In this document: positions 12,731 through 25,552 of the stretch, one piece after another
Position numbering within the stretch: the first letter of the stretch is position 1
Layout of the letters: the number at the start of each line of letters is the position of its first letter
Assembly (NCBI GenBank): GCA_951406725.2
Contig: OX597825.1
Span: forward strand, 20,026,001 to 20,090,000
Source: Octopus vulgaris
Lineage: Eukaryota
Length of the DNA stretch: 64,000 nt
Direction: 5' to 3'
Notes under the pieces: model-generated
Databases searched by the model: none
What the model saw: only the letters and a program-made list of their open reading frames with translations
What the model was told of the DNA's origin: nothing
Made by a program: the position numbers and the translations under genes

Positions 12731-12935
12731 TTGTGTGTCTGTGTTTGTCCCCCTAGCGTTGCTTGACAACCGATGCTGGTGTGTTTACGCCCCCGTCACT
12801 TAGCGGTTCGGCAAAAGAGACCGATAGAATAAGTACTGGGCTTACAAAGAATAAGTCCCGGGGTCGATTTGCTCGACTAAAGGGGGTGCTCCAGCATGTC
12901 CGCAGTCAAATGACTGAAACAAGTAAAATAGTAAA
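12527..12935 (+). mobile_element. SINE family A, full length
   Basis: Consensus match from head to tail; begins directly after a (TA)n tract. Confidence 0.93.
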
Positions 12936-12988
12936 AAAAAATATAATAATAGTAAATAGATATCTTCTAGCAAAAAGGCGTTCAGAAA

Positions 12989-13235
12989 CTCAGACATCGA
13001 TGTTTCGAGTTTATTGACTCTTGTCGATGAGATGTACCTAAGACAGGCAACTCTGAACGAACTAAATAAACTTCGTTATCTATCTCGTTCAGGCAATCTA
13101 CTAGCGCAAATCAGTCAACGTGTTGACTGGATTCTATATAAAGCTAGAAGCTTTATTTAGTTCGTTCAGAGTTGCCTCTCTTAGGAAATCTCATCGACAC
13201 GAGTCAATAAACTTGAAACATCGATGTCTGAGATT
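12989..13235. repeat. ~85-bp inverted repeat with ~75-bp spacer; each arm carries a minimal hammerhead-like motif (Penelope-like terminal-repeat remnant)
   Basis: Arms 12989-13074 and 13147-13232 are reverse complements with few mismatches. The motif is ctca-tcgacaa-gagt(caataa)actc-gaaa-catcgatg-tc-tgag. Confidence 0.8.
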
Positions 13236-13440
13236 GCCGAGAGCGGGCGACACTGAACGAACTGGCTGTTTTCACGTTTTTTGTTACCATAAGAGATATT
13301 TTTTCTCCACGGTAACTGCAGTTTATTTGCTTTAGCAGTTTAAATATGTGACAAACATATCTCAACTAACCTAAATTGTGATTATACGTAAACACTGTTT
13401 TGCGCCATTACTTCGTTATATATATATATATATATATATA

Positions 13441-14089
13441 TAGGTGTTGGACAAAATAATGGAAACCCCTAACATCATAGCATCAAAATTTTGAAATATC
13501 TATAAAACAGTCAAATGCTTGTTCTTTTTAAAAAATTTTTTAATTAGTGTTGCTTAATAGGTTTTGCTAAAACTGCTATTTCTTTTCAGATATCATCAGA
13601 AAAAGGTAATTAAAATTCATTAAGATGACCGATCTATCGGACTTTCAAAGAGGTCAAATTGTTGGTGCTTATATGGCAGCCGCTAATGTAACGAAAACAG
13701 CTGAATCAAGAAGTACTGTCTCGAAAGTAATGACAGCCTTTGAGAAAGAGGGAAAAACTTCATCGTTGAAACCAAAATTGTTAGAAAAGATCACTAAAGT
13801 ACAGCTCCCAAAATAACTGCAGAGCTTAATGACCACTTCGAGAACCCGGGTTCCACAAAAACTATTCGCCAGGAGCTTCACAAAGCCAGTTTCACGGGAG
13901 GGCTGCAATCAGAAAACCACTACTTTCAAAAAAAAAAAAAAAGAAAACGTTGCAAAGCGTTTAGAGTAGAGTTAAAATCTAGATAATTGTTCCCTAGAGC
14001 AGTGGAAGAATGTAATTTTGTCAGACGAGTCATCTTTTACCCTATTTCCGAACACCAGCCAAGTATAGGTATGGAGGCAGCCAAATGAA
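13441..14089 (+). mobile_element. Tc1-like DNA transposon, 5' half (decayed)
   Basis: TIR-like start (c/t)aggtgttggacaaaataatggaaac after (TA)n. Paired-like HTH MTDLSDFQRGQIVGA...SRSTVSKVM; TIRQELHK; first catalytic motif WKNVILSDESSFTLF...VWRQP. Frameshifted, and no right TIR was found. Confidence 0.88.
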
Positions 14090-15475
14090 TGGTTGGACAC
14101 TGTACGAGTGCGTGCAGAATGGTTTCATCGCTCTGATTGCATCTCGTGCAGGTTGGTCCCGTACTTCTCGAGCCAAGTCTGTAGAACTTATCCCGAACAG
14201 GTAACGCTTCTCGATAGCACTGCCAGACCAGGGATCTCTGGAAGTTGTCCATAGGTTCCGTCCGGAAAGTCGTCTTGAACAGGCGGGTCAGGTATTCTTC
14301 GTCTATGCCCAGGTTCGCCACGAGATAGGCGTCGTACCTCTCCTCCTCTAATCCCCCATAGAATGCTTTGGTTGTGTTGCAGTCGCTCAAAGTCGACCCG
14401 GGGCGGCTTAGTTGCTCGATGGCAACGCGACACTCGCGGTGTCATTCGCCCGTCCTCGTCCTCTTTTTCATCCACTACTGCAGTTCGGTCAGTATCGATG
14501 GTCTACCCTATCGAAAGCTTTGGATTGATCCAAATTGATCAGGGCCCCACCCATGACAGGTTCCTTAACTACCCTGTCTATGATGTAGCGCACCAGATGG
14601 AGTATCATGGATGCCCTGGCCCGACACGGTACACATTTGCTCCCTATCGACCAGTTTCTCGATGACAAGCGCCAGCATTTTTTCAAGAATGCATTGATCA
14701 GAGTGATAGGCCTAAAGTTGTCTATGACACCCCCATCTCTTGTTTGAATCTTTTTCCAGCAGCGATACGGCTCCTCGACTCACAAAACCAGGAATGTTCC
14801 CGTTTTGCTGCCAAGACGTCTCCAGACAAGTCTGGCATACAACTGCAAAGCTCGTAGGTTAGACCATCCAAACCCGGCGATTTGTACCTCAAGCAATCTG
14901 CCATCTCGTCCATCACTTCCGCCGCCGTGGTGGTACCTTCGCAGCACTCTGTCTCTCTTGTCGATAGTCGTGGCAGGCTGTGCAAGTAGGCACTGAAGTC
15001 CACCTTGCGTCCTCGAGTAATTCGCGCCCCTGTTCATCTACCAGAGACCGAATGTTGAATTTGTTGCCGTGTTGCGCCTCCGCCACCAGGGCCTCTCGCG
15101 CGGCTCCAACAGCTTCGTTCCTTAGTCCACGCATCCTAGCCATAACAACATAGACTTCGTGTTTGGTGTTGAAGTGTTGGTCGAAGGCCAACCTCGCCGC
15201 AGTACGTCGGATGCGATGCCACTTCTAATGGCCTCTTCTTGCTTCTTAACTAGGTCACCCTATACTGTTTCTGTCTATTGTTAGTGCTATACCTAATCGA
15301 TTCTGCTTTTATTGCTCTCTTGAGGGTAAAGCACCATTTGTTGTTGTTGTGGGCTCCTTTTACTAGCGTGCTAATCTGGTATTTGAAAACATATCTCGTC
15401 GGTAAAGACACGTTTAGTTTCCAGTAACCGGGACTTTGTCGTATCTCAGTCTAGCGTACAGGTCACAAGTTTGTG

Positions 15476-15476
<1 letters not shown>
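14090..15476 (-). mobile_element. L1/Tx1-clade non-LTR retrotransposon ORF2 remnant with internal deletions
   Basis: Motifs in order on the minus strand: APE end (HKLVTCTLD...GYWKLNVSL), KSPGLDGL, RT motif ALINLDQSKAFDRVDHRY, C-terminal zinc motif CTRCNQSDETILHALVQCP. The RT core between them is missing. Confidence 0.88.
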
Positions 15477-15507
<31 letters not shown>

Positions 15508-15640
15508 TACAGACGGACGGACGGACGGACGGACGGACGGACGGACGGACGGACGGACGGACGGACGGACGGACGGACGGATGGATGGATGGATGGATGG
15601 ATGGATGGATGGATAGAAAGATAGATACATACATACATAA
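15477..15640. repeat. Compound tetranucleotide repeat (GACA)n(GACG)n(GATG)n
   Basis: Directly visible. Confidence 0.97.
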
Positions 15641-16198
15641 ATAAACAGATAGGCAGTCAGACAGACTGATAGATGGATAGGTAGATAGATAGGTAGATAG
15701 TGAAAGGAACAGGTATAGTTGATCCGGATTTATTGTGACAAGAAGCGATATACTTAACCCTGTATATCTTATCATTGATCATTCTTGAGGTTTCGCATAT
15801 CTACTTCTTTTCGGCGAAGAAAATGCCAATACTTAATGCTTGGTTGAGCTGTAAGTAATTTTTCTTTCTTTTTGCATTTTAACATTTGATCAACATTAAA
15901 CGATGCAAACAAATAAAATATCTGACATTTGATTAATTTTCCCTCTACTTCACCAATATATTTTCGAGGAAAGTTGATTATTATGTCATTATAACTTTAA
16001 GTAGATTAGTAAATATTGTGCAATGTTTATACAGATTGGAGACACAGCTATTTATCGTACATGAGTGTATAATCTGAACGAAAATGCATGAGATATGTCA
16101 GATTTGTAATTGTCCGTGCGTTATCACTGATTGTTGACTAACCCCGCCAAAGCCAACAGAAACAATATCGAGAGCAACAACGCATAGATTCATCAATA

Positions 16199-16282
<84 letters not shown>

Positions 16283-16300
16283 ATATACATATATATATAT
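16199..16300. repeat. (TA)n microsatellite
   Basis: Directly visible. Confidence 0.97.
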
Positions 16301-16301
16301 A

Positions 16302-16446
16302 GGCGCAGGAGTGGGTGTGTGGTAAGTAGCTTGCTTACCAACAACATGGTTCCGGGTTCAGTCCCACTGCCTGGCACCTTAGCCTCGGGCCGACCAAAGC
16401 CTTGTGTGTGGATTTGTTAGACAGAAACTGAAAGAACTCCGTCGTA

Positions 16447-16536
<90 letters not shown>

Positions 16537-16755
16537 TGTGAGTTTGTGTGTGTCTGTGTTTGTCCCCCCAACATCGCTTGACAACCGATGCTGGTGTGTC
16601 TACGTCCCCGTAACTTAACGGTTCGGTAAAAGAGACCGATAGTACTTGGCTTCCAAAAAACAAGTCCTGGGGGACGATGTGCTCGACTAAAGGCGGTGCT
16701 CCAGCATGGCCACAATCAAATGACTGAAACAAGTAAAAGAGTAAGAGTAAAGAGT
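16302..16755 (+). mobile_element. SINE family A with small internal deletions
   Basis: Consensus match with an internal (TA)n(TG)n; begins after a (TA)n tract. Confidence 0.92.
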
Positions 16756-16885
16756 TATCCTCGACACCATTACCATCACATTCAATGACTCATATATCGC
16801 TATTCCTTACTAAGCTAGTGATTTTACAAGGAAAACTACTATTACAGCAACCCTCACAGTCCGTCACAATAGGTGTAGCAGTATT

Positions 16886-17271
16886 GCGGAGGCGCAATGG
16901 CCCAGTGGTTAGAGCAGCGGAATCGCGGTCATAGGATCGCGGTTTCGATTCCCAGACCGGGCGTTGTGAGTGTTTATTGAGCGAAAACACCTAAAAGCTC
17001 CACGCGGCTTCGGCAGGGGATGGTGGTGATCCCTGCTGTACTCTTTCCCCACAACTTTCTCTCACTCTTTCTTCCTGTTTCTGTTGTACCTGTATTTCAA
17101 AGGGCAGGCCTTGTCACTCTCTGTGTCACGCTGAATATCCCCGAGAACTACATTAAAGGTACACGTGTCTGTGGAGTGCTCAGCCACTTACACGTTAATT
17201 TCACGAGCAGGCTGTTCCGTTGGTTCGGATCAACCGGGACCCTCGTCGTTGTAACCGACGGTGCGCTTCCA
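16886..17271 (+). mobile_element. tRNA-derived SINE family C, full length with 12-bp TSD
   Basis: A-box tggcccagtggttag and B-box ggtttcgattccc. TSD tgtagcagtatt at 16874-16885 and 17272-17283. Confidence 0.93.
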
Positions 17272-17606
17272 TGTAGCAGTATTAGAAACAAAAAAGCAAC
17301 TACAATAAGAATACTTGAAGAAATGATAGAATAAAAAACAACGCGGTTTTCCAGTCTTTAGCAACAATAGCTAAATATTTCTGAAATCATATTTTAGTCA
17401 TAGGAGAGGAATATTATGGAGCCGAACGGCAATAGCACTATCAAAGTCGTCTTCTTTAGCAAAGTTCTCCTACAATGAATTCTCAAAGAAAATCCAAAAA
17501 TTACTAAAAAATAAATACGAGAAGAATAACTAGTTATATCCAGTATAGTAACCCACTGAAAGACCAGATTGAATATAGCCTATAGAGGACTATTCCATAC
17601 ACTTAG

Positions 17607-17868
17607 AATAAATAAATAAGTGCGCCCTTTTAAAGCCTAGCCAGGCTCATGGGCCCGGTTTCCCGGTATCTAGGGCGTATATGTGCCCCAGCTGGACGGG
17701 ATGCCAGTCCATCGCAGCGTTACTCATTTTTGCCAGCTGAGTGGACTGGAGCAACGTGAAATGAAGTGTTTTGCTCAAGAACACAACGCGTCGCCCGGTC
17801 CAGTAATTGAAACCACAATCTTATGATCATGATGCTGACACCCTAACCATTAAGCCACGTGCCTCCAC
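17607..17868 (-). mobile_element. tRNA-derived SINE family D, full length with 15-bp TSD
   Basis: Head gtggaggcacgtggcttaatggttaggg and a (TTTA)n tail. TSD attccatacacttag at 17592-17606 and 17869-17883. Confidence 0.93.
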
Positions 17869-18032
17869 ATTCCATACACTTAGGACAGTATTAAAGGTAA
17901 ACACTACTTGAAGTAGAAAAATTGCTTTAAAATGTTATACGGGGCACATAATAAAAAAAGGTACCTATGAAGGCCCTGCGAAGTATCAATACGAAAAAGG
18001 ATCTCTTCTCATGTTACCTAAGCATCATATAT

Positions 18033-18263
18033 ATTTCTTTATTGCCCACGAGGGGATAAACATAGAGGGGACAAACAAGGACAGACAAAGCGATTGAGTC
18101 GATTAAATCGACCCCAGTGCATAACTGGTACTTTCTTTATCGACCCCGGAAGGATGAAAGGCAAAGTCGACCTCGGCGGAATTTGAACTCAGAACGTAGC
18201 GACAGACGAAATACTGCTGAGCATTTCGCCCGGCGTGCTAACGTTTCTGCCAGCTCGCCGCCG
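18033..18263 (-). mobile_element. SINE family B monomer with 14-bp TSD
   Basis: TSD taagcatcatatat at 18019-18032 and 18264-18277. Confidence 0.93.
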
Positions 18264-19552
18264 TAAGCATCATATATGTTAGCAGCCACAGCAGCAGTAG
18301 TAATAGTAGTAGTGGTAGTGGTGGTGGTGGTGGTGGTAGTAGTAGTAATGCCTTGGAAATATGCTAGAATTAGGTAGAGCGTCATATTTATTGTATTGAA
18401 CTAGTTAAGTCTTGTTATGATTTCATTTCAAACCTTATATAGTTAACCAAACTTTCCACCTTCTTTGCTTAGATAAAATGTAGTACCTGATAAGTACTAA
18501 AGGTGAAAGACTTTTACTATCCATAAATATTCGGCCTTGTATAAGAATTCGATATTTATAGTATTGTTATAAAAGAAAAAGACAGACACTGATCATAAAA
18601 AATTTACGTAAACAATAAAAAAAATAGCATTATAACACCGATTTTATATCTGGGATTTACATTAAGCAAACATTTTCTTGGATTAGTTCAAACTTCAGTC
18701 ATTTCTACAAATATATTTCTCACAGTCTCTTTCTATCAGTGACATTTCAGGTATTATTTTATTATATTTATAAATGTGAGTTCAAAATATTTGTTTGCCA
18801 GCAGGAAAGGAATTATACATATTGCAATATTATATAAATCACACAGCTAAAAATGACATATCTACTCTCACAAAAGAGAATAGAAAACATAAATATTATT
18901 ATTATTATCATTATTATTTTTTTATTATTATTATTATTACTATTATTATTATTAATCTGCTATTTTATATAGCGCACATATTTTGAAAGAAATTTTACAA
19001 CAGATAATTCATCTTGTATACTGACTTCAATTCCTTTTTCTAAATTTATTTGAGTAAAGTTCAAAGTTCAACAGTAAATGAGGCATAAATGCACTCCGGA
19101 ACGCTGACATTAAAATACGCCCGGCACTGAAGAAAATAGTAAAATATATTTTATTTATATTCATGACCTTTTTAAACTTGTCAATGAAACGAAACCCGTT
19201 TCCCCAGACTTCCTTCATGAAGGTTATTTTCGTCGACATTTTGACGAGAAATAACCTTTCTAAACTCTCTCAAATCTCTACAAATAATTCCCCAAACATT
19301 GATGGTATTGGCATATGCTGCAGTGTTGTTTTACCTTGTTTGATTGTTAGTATTTTATTCCTGTATAGCTAATGAGACAATTAAGCAGTCTAGCTCCAAT
19401 CAATACAAAATATACAGAGATACGAATATCAAATAAAGTACATGGATATTCACACAGGTATACAAACACAGACAGACACGCACTCCTCTCACTTCGCTCT
19501 CCCCCTCTCTCTCTCTCTCTCTCTCAATATATGTATGTATATATAATATATA

Positions 19553-19599
<47 letters not shown>

Positions 19600-19981
19600 C
19601 TACGTATGTATTTATACACACATATGTGTAGGTCTGTACCTTTATATATGCGTATGTGAGTGTGTATCTGTGTGTCCGTGTGGGTGAGCTCGTGTCGGTG
19701 TGTCGGTGTGGGCTTGTGTGTGTGTGTGTGTGTGCGTGTGTATGTCCGCGTGTGTGTGTGTGTGAGTCTCTCCTTGTGTACTGTCTAACAAGCAGGAATG
19801 ACGCCGCGCCCAAATTCATTTCTATCCCCGAAGGAGATACGGAGGAGCTAACTTTCACTCACAATGGCTTTTTCACCAAAAGTAATTTCACTTTCATATA
19901 TGTGTGTATATATTTGGCTTATGTGTGCAGCTTAGGTAGACTACAAAAACATGAAGACTTCATCGTATATACATATAAATA

Positions 19982-20040
<59 letters not shown>

Positions 20041-22609
20041 AGAGAGAGAGAGAGAAGCAAAACGCACACACGCACTTATATATATATACATACGTACGTT
20101 CATACATATATACATAGATATGTATACATACAAACTCGTACGGGCACACGCATTGTATGTGTATGTATTGATCTGGCATATCGATTTCCTTTCCATTGCT
20201 GTTCAGTGAAGTGTACAGAACATTACACTGTAGGGGGATGAGGAGGAGAAGTGAAATATATTTGTTGAACGGACAAGATGTCAAAGCCGTAGGTATATAT
20301 TCTAACGCTTATAGATTCTTACGTCCACAATGTAGATATCCTTTAGCAAAAAAAATGTTTGTTTCTCTTACGAATTAGAACCTCGGGATTATATATGTGT
20401 TGTTTGGCCCATTCACTAACTCTTTGTATACTTTGCATACAGTTTACAAACTTTGTCGTTCCATAGTGCAGAGGTTCCGACATTGGGATGTGTGGGCCGC
20501 GTTCAATTTTAGTCGGCAGCAGTACAAAATATATAGTTACACTTTCTGGGCAAATATTAAGTCATATATTCTAGTCAAGGAATTTAAGTAAGGAAATTTG
20601 TTGTTAATTAATGATTTTTGATTTAGGTACAAGGCCGGAAAATTTGAGGGATGAGAGTCTACACAATATCATCGATCCGAGTACTAAGGTGGTACTTTAT
20701 TTTAGCGATGGCAGAATGATGAAAGGGGAAGCTGACCGCGATGAGATATGAATACAGAACCAATGCCGGTCACTTTCCGGACGCTTTAACTATTTCAATA
20801 ATATAATGTTATCCTTAAATATTTATACAATAGGCGTCTAGATGAGTGAGGCATTTCATACTTTAAGATCAGTGAGGAAATACATCGAAAATAGGGGTTC
20901 ATTGCTGTAGAAAACCCTTTTTTTCTTCAACGGTATGTGATTTTTAAGTAGACGTTGGCTGCTATTTGTAACCACTTCTGGACCTTATTCTTTACGGGGA
21001 GGGAACTCATCACAGATTTTGCCTCTTTATTTCGTGTTAAATTGGATTACCAACAATTAATTGTCAAGCTTATTGCACTCAATATAGTTCCATGTATGAG
21101 ATATTAATTGATATACTTCCGATAATCTAAAGAGAGGATTAACCACCTCTAGTCCCATTTCAAAGGTTAGATTAGTCAACATTAAATCAGGAAATTGCCT
21201 GACAATTGTTCAATTATTTGCCTGATAGCAGTTCCTGATTTACATTCAACGATATTCTGGTTGATTATATTGTATCATTAAATCATATATAATATAACAT
21301 AATATAATATAATATAATATAATAAATAGGATCTAATACAATATAGTATAGTCCCGTGTGTGCATGCGTGTTTTTGTGTGTGTGTATATGTGTCTGTGTA
21401 TGATTTTGTACATGTGTGTGTGTATGTACGTTTGTATGTATGTAAATGATGCAATTGCAAGTGAAATTATTCCTATGCATGTAACCAAAACCTTAAGAAC
21501 ACTTTCAAATATATTTTTTCGTGACAGTAAAATCCCTAAAATTCCAACTGATTAATATCTGAGTAAAATTATTTAATTTCATTAATTGGAACACCATCTT
21601 CAATCAAAACCATACCTTTTCTTCTCTCTGGCCATCTTTCATTCCACTTCATATCTAAATACTCTTGAACTTAGATTCAATATTTTGTCTCTTCTCCCTT
21701 TCTAAAAATGTCGTTGTAGCAATTATAATTTTAAAGAAAGAAAGGAAATTTTATTTACGGTTTTCAAGGAAAACAAATCAAATGACTTTTACGTTTCACT
21801 GTTTTATAACTTTGAAATTTTCTTAGAAATGTTTAAAAGTAATTACATATTTTAAACTTACTTCGCTATTTATTTCGATCTTTAATATAAATATTTAAAG
21901 GTCATTTTACGAATTTTTCTGTAGTACGAACCGAACTGAAGGAGAACTTTTGTTTGCAACATCGGACGACGTCAGTGTCGGAAGGTCGGATATTTTCTGT
22001 ATAGAAAAGATTGATTTTATAGTGAAAGGATAGAAAGAGTGCACATAAGCAAGGGGAAATTAGTGGGTTTGCAGTTAAACATTAGTCGAATGAGCAGTGG
22101 TGATTTCTGCTGTTGGACTGAGGAATCAGGGAATGTGCTCAAAATCCGGTTCGGAGCAGACCTTCAGGTAGAAAGGAACTGGAAAGCGGTCACTAAAAAA
22201 GGTGGTCAACTTCACTTAGAATTGTGTCAAGAAGAAATTGTTCCTGAAAGGTCAGGCAGAAGTAGTTTATGCATACATTGCAATAGTGTGGTACTACCAA
22301 GTGAACCGTAGTAAAATTTACCAAGAAACATGACTTGACGAGAGAACAATCTTTTCTATTTTTCATGGAATAGACAAGTACTGCATTATCATGCCAATTT
22401 GCTACCAGCGGATAGTCTCGAGATGCTGTCCTTGATGATGTGCTGGCACGTTCCGACACTGACGCATATGCGAACATACGAAAATGTCTAGACTCCTGAG
22501 AGGCTGACGACGAGGAAGACAAGCGAATCTGAACTAGTTTTAGGATGTTTCCTATGACAGGTCTTTTTGCAGTTCGTGAATCTGACCAAGCTAAAATCAT
22601 GAATCATGA

Positions 22610-24480
22610 ATAGATCCCAGTGTATACAGATTCCAACTCTGTCATCGTGTCTGTGAATATATTCCCTCTTAGCCAGGACTGGGCAGCCAGACACAATATG
22701 GTTTATTGTTTCTTGTCCATCTCCACATATTCTGCAGTTACTTGTTACGTTTCTTTTCCTTATATGTTTTTGGTAATTTCCGGTGGCATGGTTTTGGTCT
22801 TGTGCTGTAATTAAAAATCTTTCAATCTCGGCTTTGAGTCCTGAGCTTCTCAACCATTGTTGGGGTTTTGCTTTGTCTATCTCTTTTGCGTTTAGTTTAA
22901 CTCAGTATTTATCATGAAAGAGTTTTTCTTGCCGTCGTTTTATCATGTTGCTATTCTAGTTGTTTTAGTTTGGATTTTAGTTGTTTTACAGCTATTGTTG
23001 TTTCTTCTTGTTCTTCATAGTTGCTAAGTATTATGATTCTTTTGTTTGTATTTGTCTGCTTCCTTAAAGATTGCAAACATTTTTGTTGTTGTTTTGTTTA
23101 TGTTTTGTGGCTATTTGTAATAGTTTTCCTTGCTTCTGAAGTATGTATTTTTGAAGTCCGGTAGTCGTTATTTTGTAATGGTTTTCTAGTTGTCAGACTC
23201 AGGGTGGTGCATCCTAAATCCTGTCATTATTTTTCTTGCTTTCTTGTCTATTTTCATAAGTTCATTTAGAGTCCAGTTAAGAATATTGTAGCTGTAACTT
23301 ATAACTGGGACTGCTAGAGTGTTGATACCTATTATCTTGTTTTTCGCATTGAGATCTTATTTCTCTTTCATTTGTGTGTGTTGTATCATATCTAGTTCAT
23401 TGATTCCTAAGTATTTATATGTCTGGCTTTGGTCTAATTCTCTTATTTCATTTGCATTATCTAGTGTGATGTTGCTAATCTTTACTAGATTTCCTCTTTT
23501 CAATGTTGCATGGGCACATTTTTCTAAGCCAGATTTCATGTTTATTTCTTTGGTAAATCCATATACTCCCTGTAGTAATGTTTCTAGTTGCTTATCATTT
23601 GTAGCGTAGAGATTTAGGTCATCGATATATAAGAAGTGGCTGATTGTTTTGACGTAACACTTGTATACACATCCATATTTGTTTAGTATCTCAAGTAAAG
23701 ATATCAGTGCCAAGTAGAGAAGGAGCGGAGAGAGCATGTCTCCCTGGAATATTCTTCTTCTAATGGGGATGGTTTTGGTTTATATGAATCCCTCTTTTGT
23801 CTGGAGCTGTAGTACTTTGTGCCATTTATTCATGGAATGTTTTATATGTTTTATGATTATTGGTGCTACCTTGTTTATGGCTTGTGTTTCTAGGATCCAT
23901 GAGTGGGGAATACTATGAAAAGCCTTTCGGTAATCGATCCAGGACATACTTAGACCCTTCCCCTTTCTGCGACTGCATTCATTTATGTCTTTATTGATCA
24001 GTAGCTGATCTTTACAGCCGTATGAGTCCTTGCAACATTCCTTCTGCTCTTCTGGAAACAGGATGTTTTCTTCTAGATGTTTCCCCATTCTCTACGATTT
24101 AATTGCAATAAAGGCTTTGTAAAATGTAGGGAGACAAGTTATCTGTCTATAACTTTGTGTGTTTGCCGTTTCAGTGTAATTGGGAATTAGGATAATTTTC
24201 CTTTCCCTGAGCTATTCAGGTATTGTTTCTAGCTCTGCTAGTATTTCATTAATTTTCCGAGCAAGATTTATGTGTTTTCCTGCCAGTTATTCTAACCAGA
24301 AACTGGAGATCTTTTTGTGGCCGGGTTCCTTCCAGTTGCTTAGTTTTTACAGTGCGTGTGTGAACTCTTCAGTTGTTATAAAGGTCCAGAGTTGTTCAGA
24401 ACCTAAGTTCGTTGTTTTGATAGACCTTTTCTGGGGGTTTTCCCTCGCCGACCATTTTTCATTCCAAAATTCTTCCACTT
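22610..24480 (-). mobile_element. R4/Dong-like (RLE-type) non-LTR retrotransposon, decayed RT and CCHC region
   Basis: Frameshifted minus-strand ORFs give GCKDQLLI, WIDYRKAFHSIPHSW, LSPLL, SHFLYIDDLNLYA, YKYLGINE, LKAEIERFLITAQDQ and CRICGDGQETINHIVSGCPVLAKREYIHRHD. This is the typical RT plus CCHC plus RHD order of RLE elements. Confidence 0.9.
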
Positions 24481-24616
24481 CTTCTGCTGTTGGTCGACTT
24501 TGTCTTTCATCCTTTTGGGGTCGATAAATTAAGTATCAGTTGAGTATTTATATCGATATTATTTACTTAACTTCTCTCCCACCCAAATTTCAGGCTTTGT
24601 GCCTATAGCAGAAATG

Positions 24617-24622
24617 ATTATT

Positions 24623-24659
<37 letters not shown>

Positions 24660-24704
24660 GTTGTTGTTGTTGTTGTTGTAGTAGTAGTAGTAGTAGTAGT
24701 AGTT
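24617..24704. repeat. (CAT)n(GTT)n(GTA)n compound microsatellite after a family B tail fragment
   Basis: Directly visible; 24493-24615 resembles the family B 3' half. Confidence 0.9.
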
Positions 24705-25344
24705 GCGGTGTTCTTCAATGACACAGCCACAAAAATGGCTGTCATTTACGATCATAATGATGGACATAGCATCGTTTCGTTGCTTGCAATTTTACTCTGT
24801 ACGCTGATGAAGTTTTGCTCTCTTCGTTATCTCATACCAAATTTCCAGAGACATGTAACATATTGAATTATTCTTGAAAGTAAAATAAATAATGTTCTTC
24901 TACGAAAACCTTGTAAAATATTCTACTGGGAGAAAATTTGCAGGTTTCATTTGATTTATTAATATTCATTAAACTGTGATTTAACATCAACTGTGATTCT
25001 AAAAATTCTTCTATGCAGACCAATTTGAAAGATTTTCAGAGAGAAAGCTATTTTAAAAAATGAATACCAATGAATTCCTATAATTATTTAAATTTATTAG
25101 CAATTTGATCGGAGATACTCTCTCCTCGGTCAGATAAATATTGTTATAAAATTGTTATGTGAACCATCGGAAGCAGCTGGCAAGGAAAGCTTGCCGAGGA
25201 CAAAACTGAAATACTGTTGGTGAGTAAATATGATAGTCACATTCCGTAAGCGTACTGTGGGCATTCATTGTTTTTAGAGGCGCTGGAATGTTACATACCT
25301 GTGGTTAATTCTCCTGTAGCCATGGCTAATGATTAGAATATTTA

Positions 25345-25552
25345 AGGCGGTGATCTGGCAGGATCGTTAGCACGCTGGGAAAAATGCTTAGCGGCAGTCC
25401 ATCCGTGTTTACGTACTGAGTTCAAATTCTGCAGAAGTAGTTTTTACCTTTTAACTGTACGAGTTCGATAAAATAGCACCAGTTGAGCACTGAGGTCCAC
25501 TTATTTCACACTCCTTCACATTGCTGGCCTTGTGCCAAAATGTGAAATCAAT
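25345..25552 (+). mobile_element. SINE family B, old diverged copy
   Basis: aaggcggtgatctggcaggatcgttagcacgctggg...gagttcaaattc. Confidence 0.75.

Noticed and set aside
16886-16965. tRNA gene
   Set aside because: It has A and B boxes but continues into a repeated SINE body bounded by a TSD. It is a SINE head, as are the other tRNA-like segments.
19656-20117. 153-aa ORF / possible promoter between microsatellites
   Set aside because: Most of the ORF is TG and TA repeat, and the short unique core has no supportable motif.
24807-24835. ctgatga hammerhead core
   Set aside because: No GAAA follows the putative stem II.
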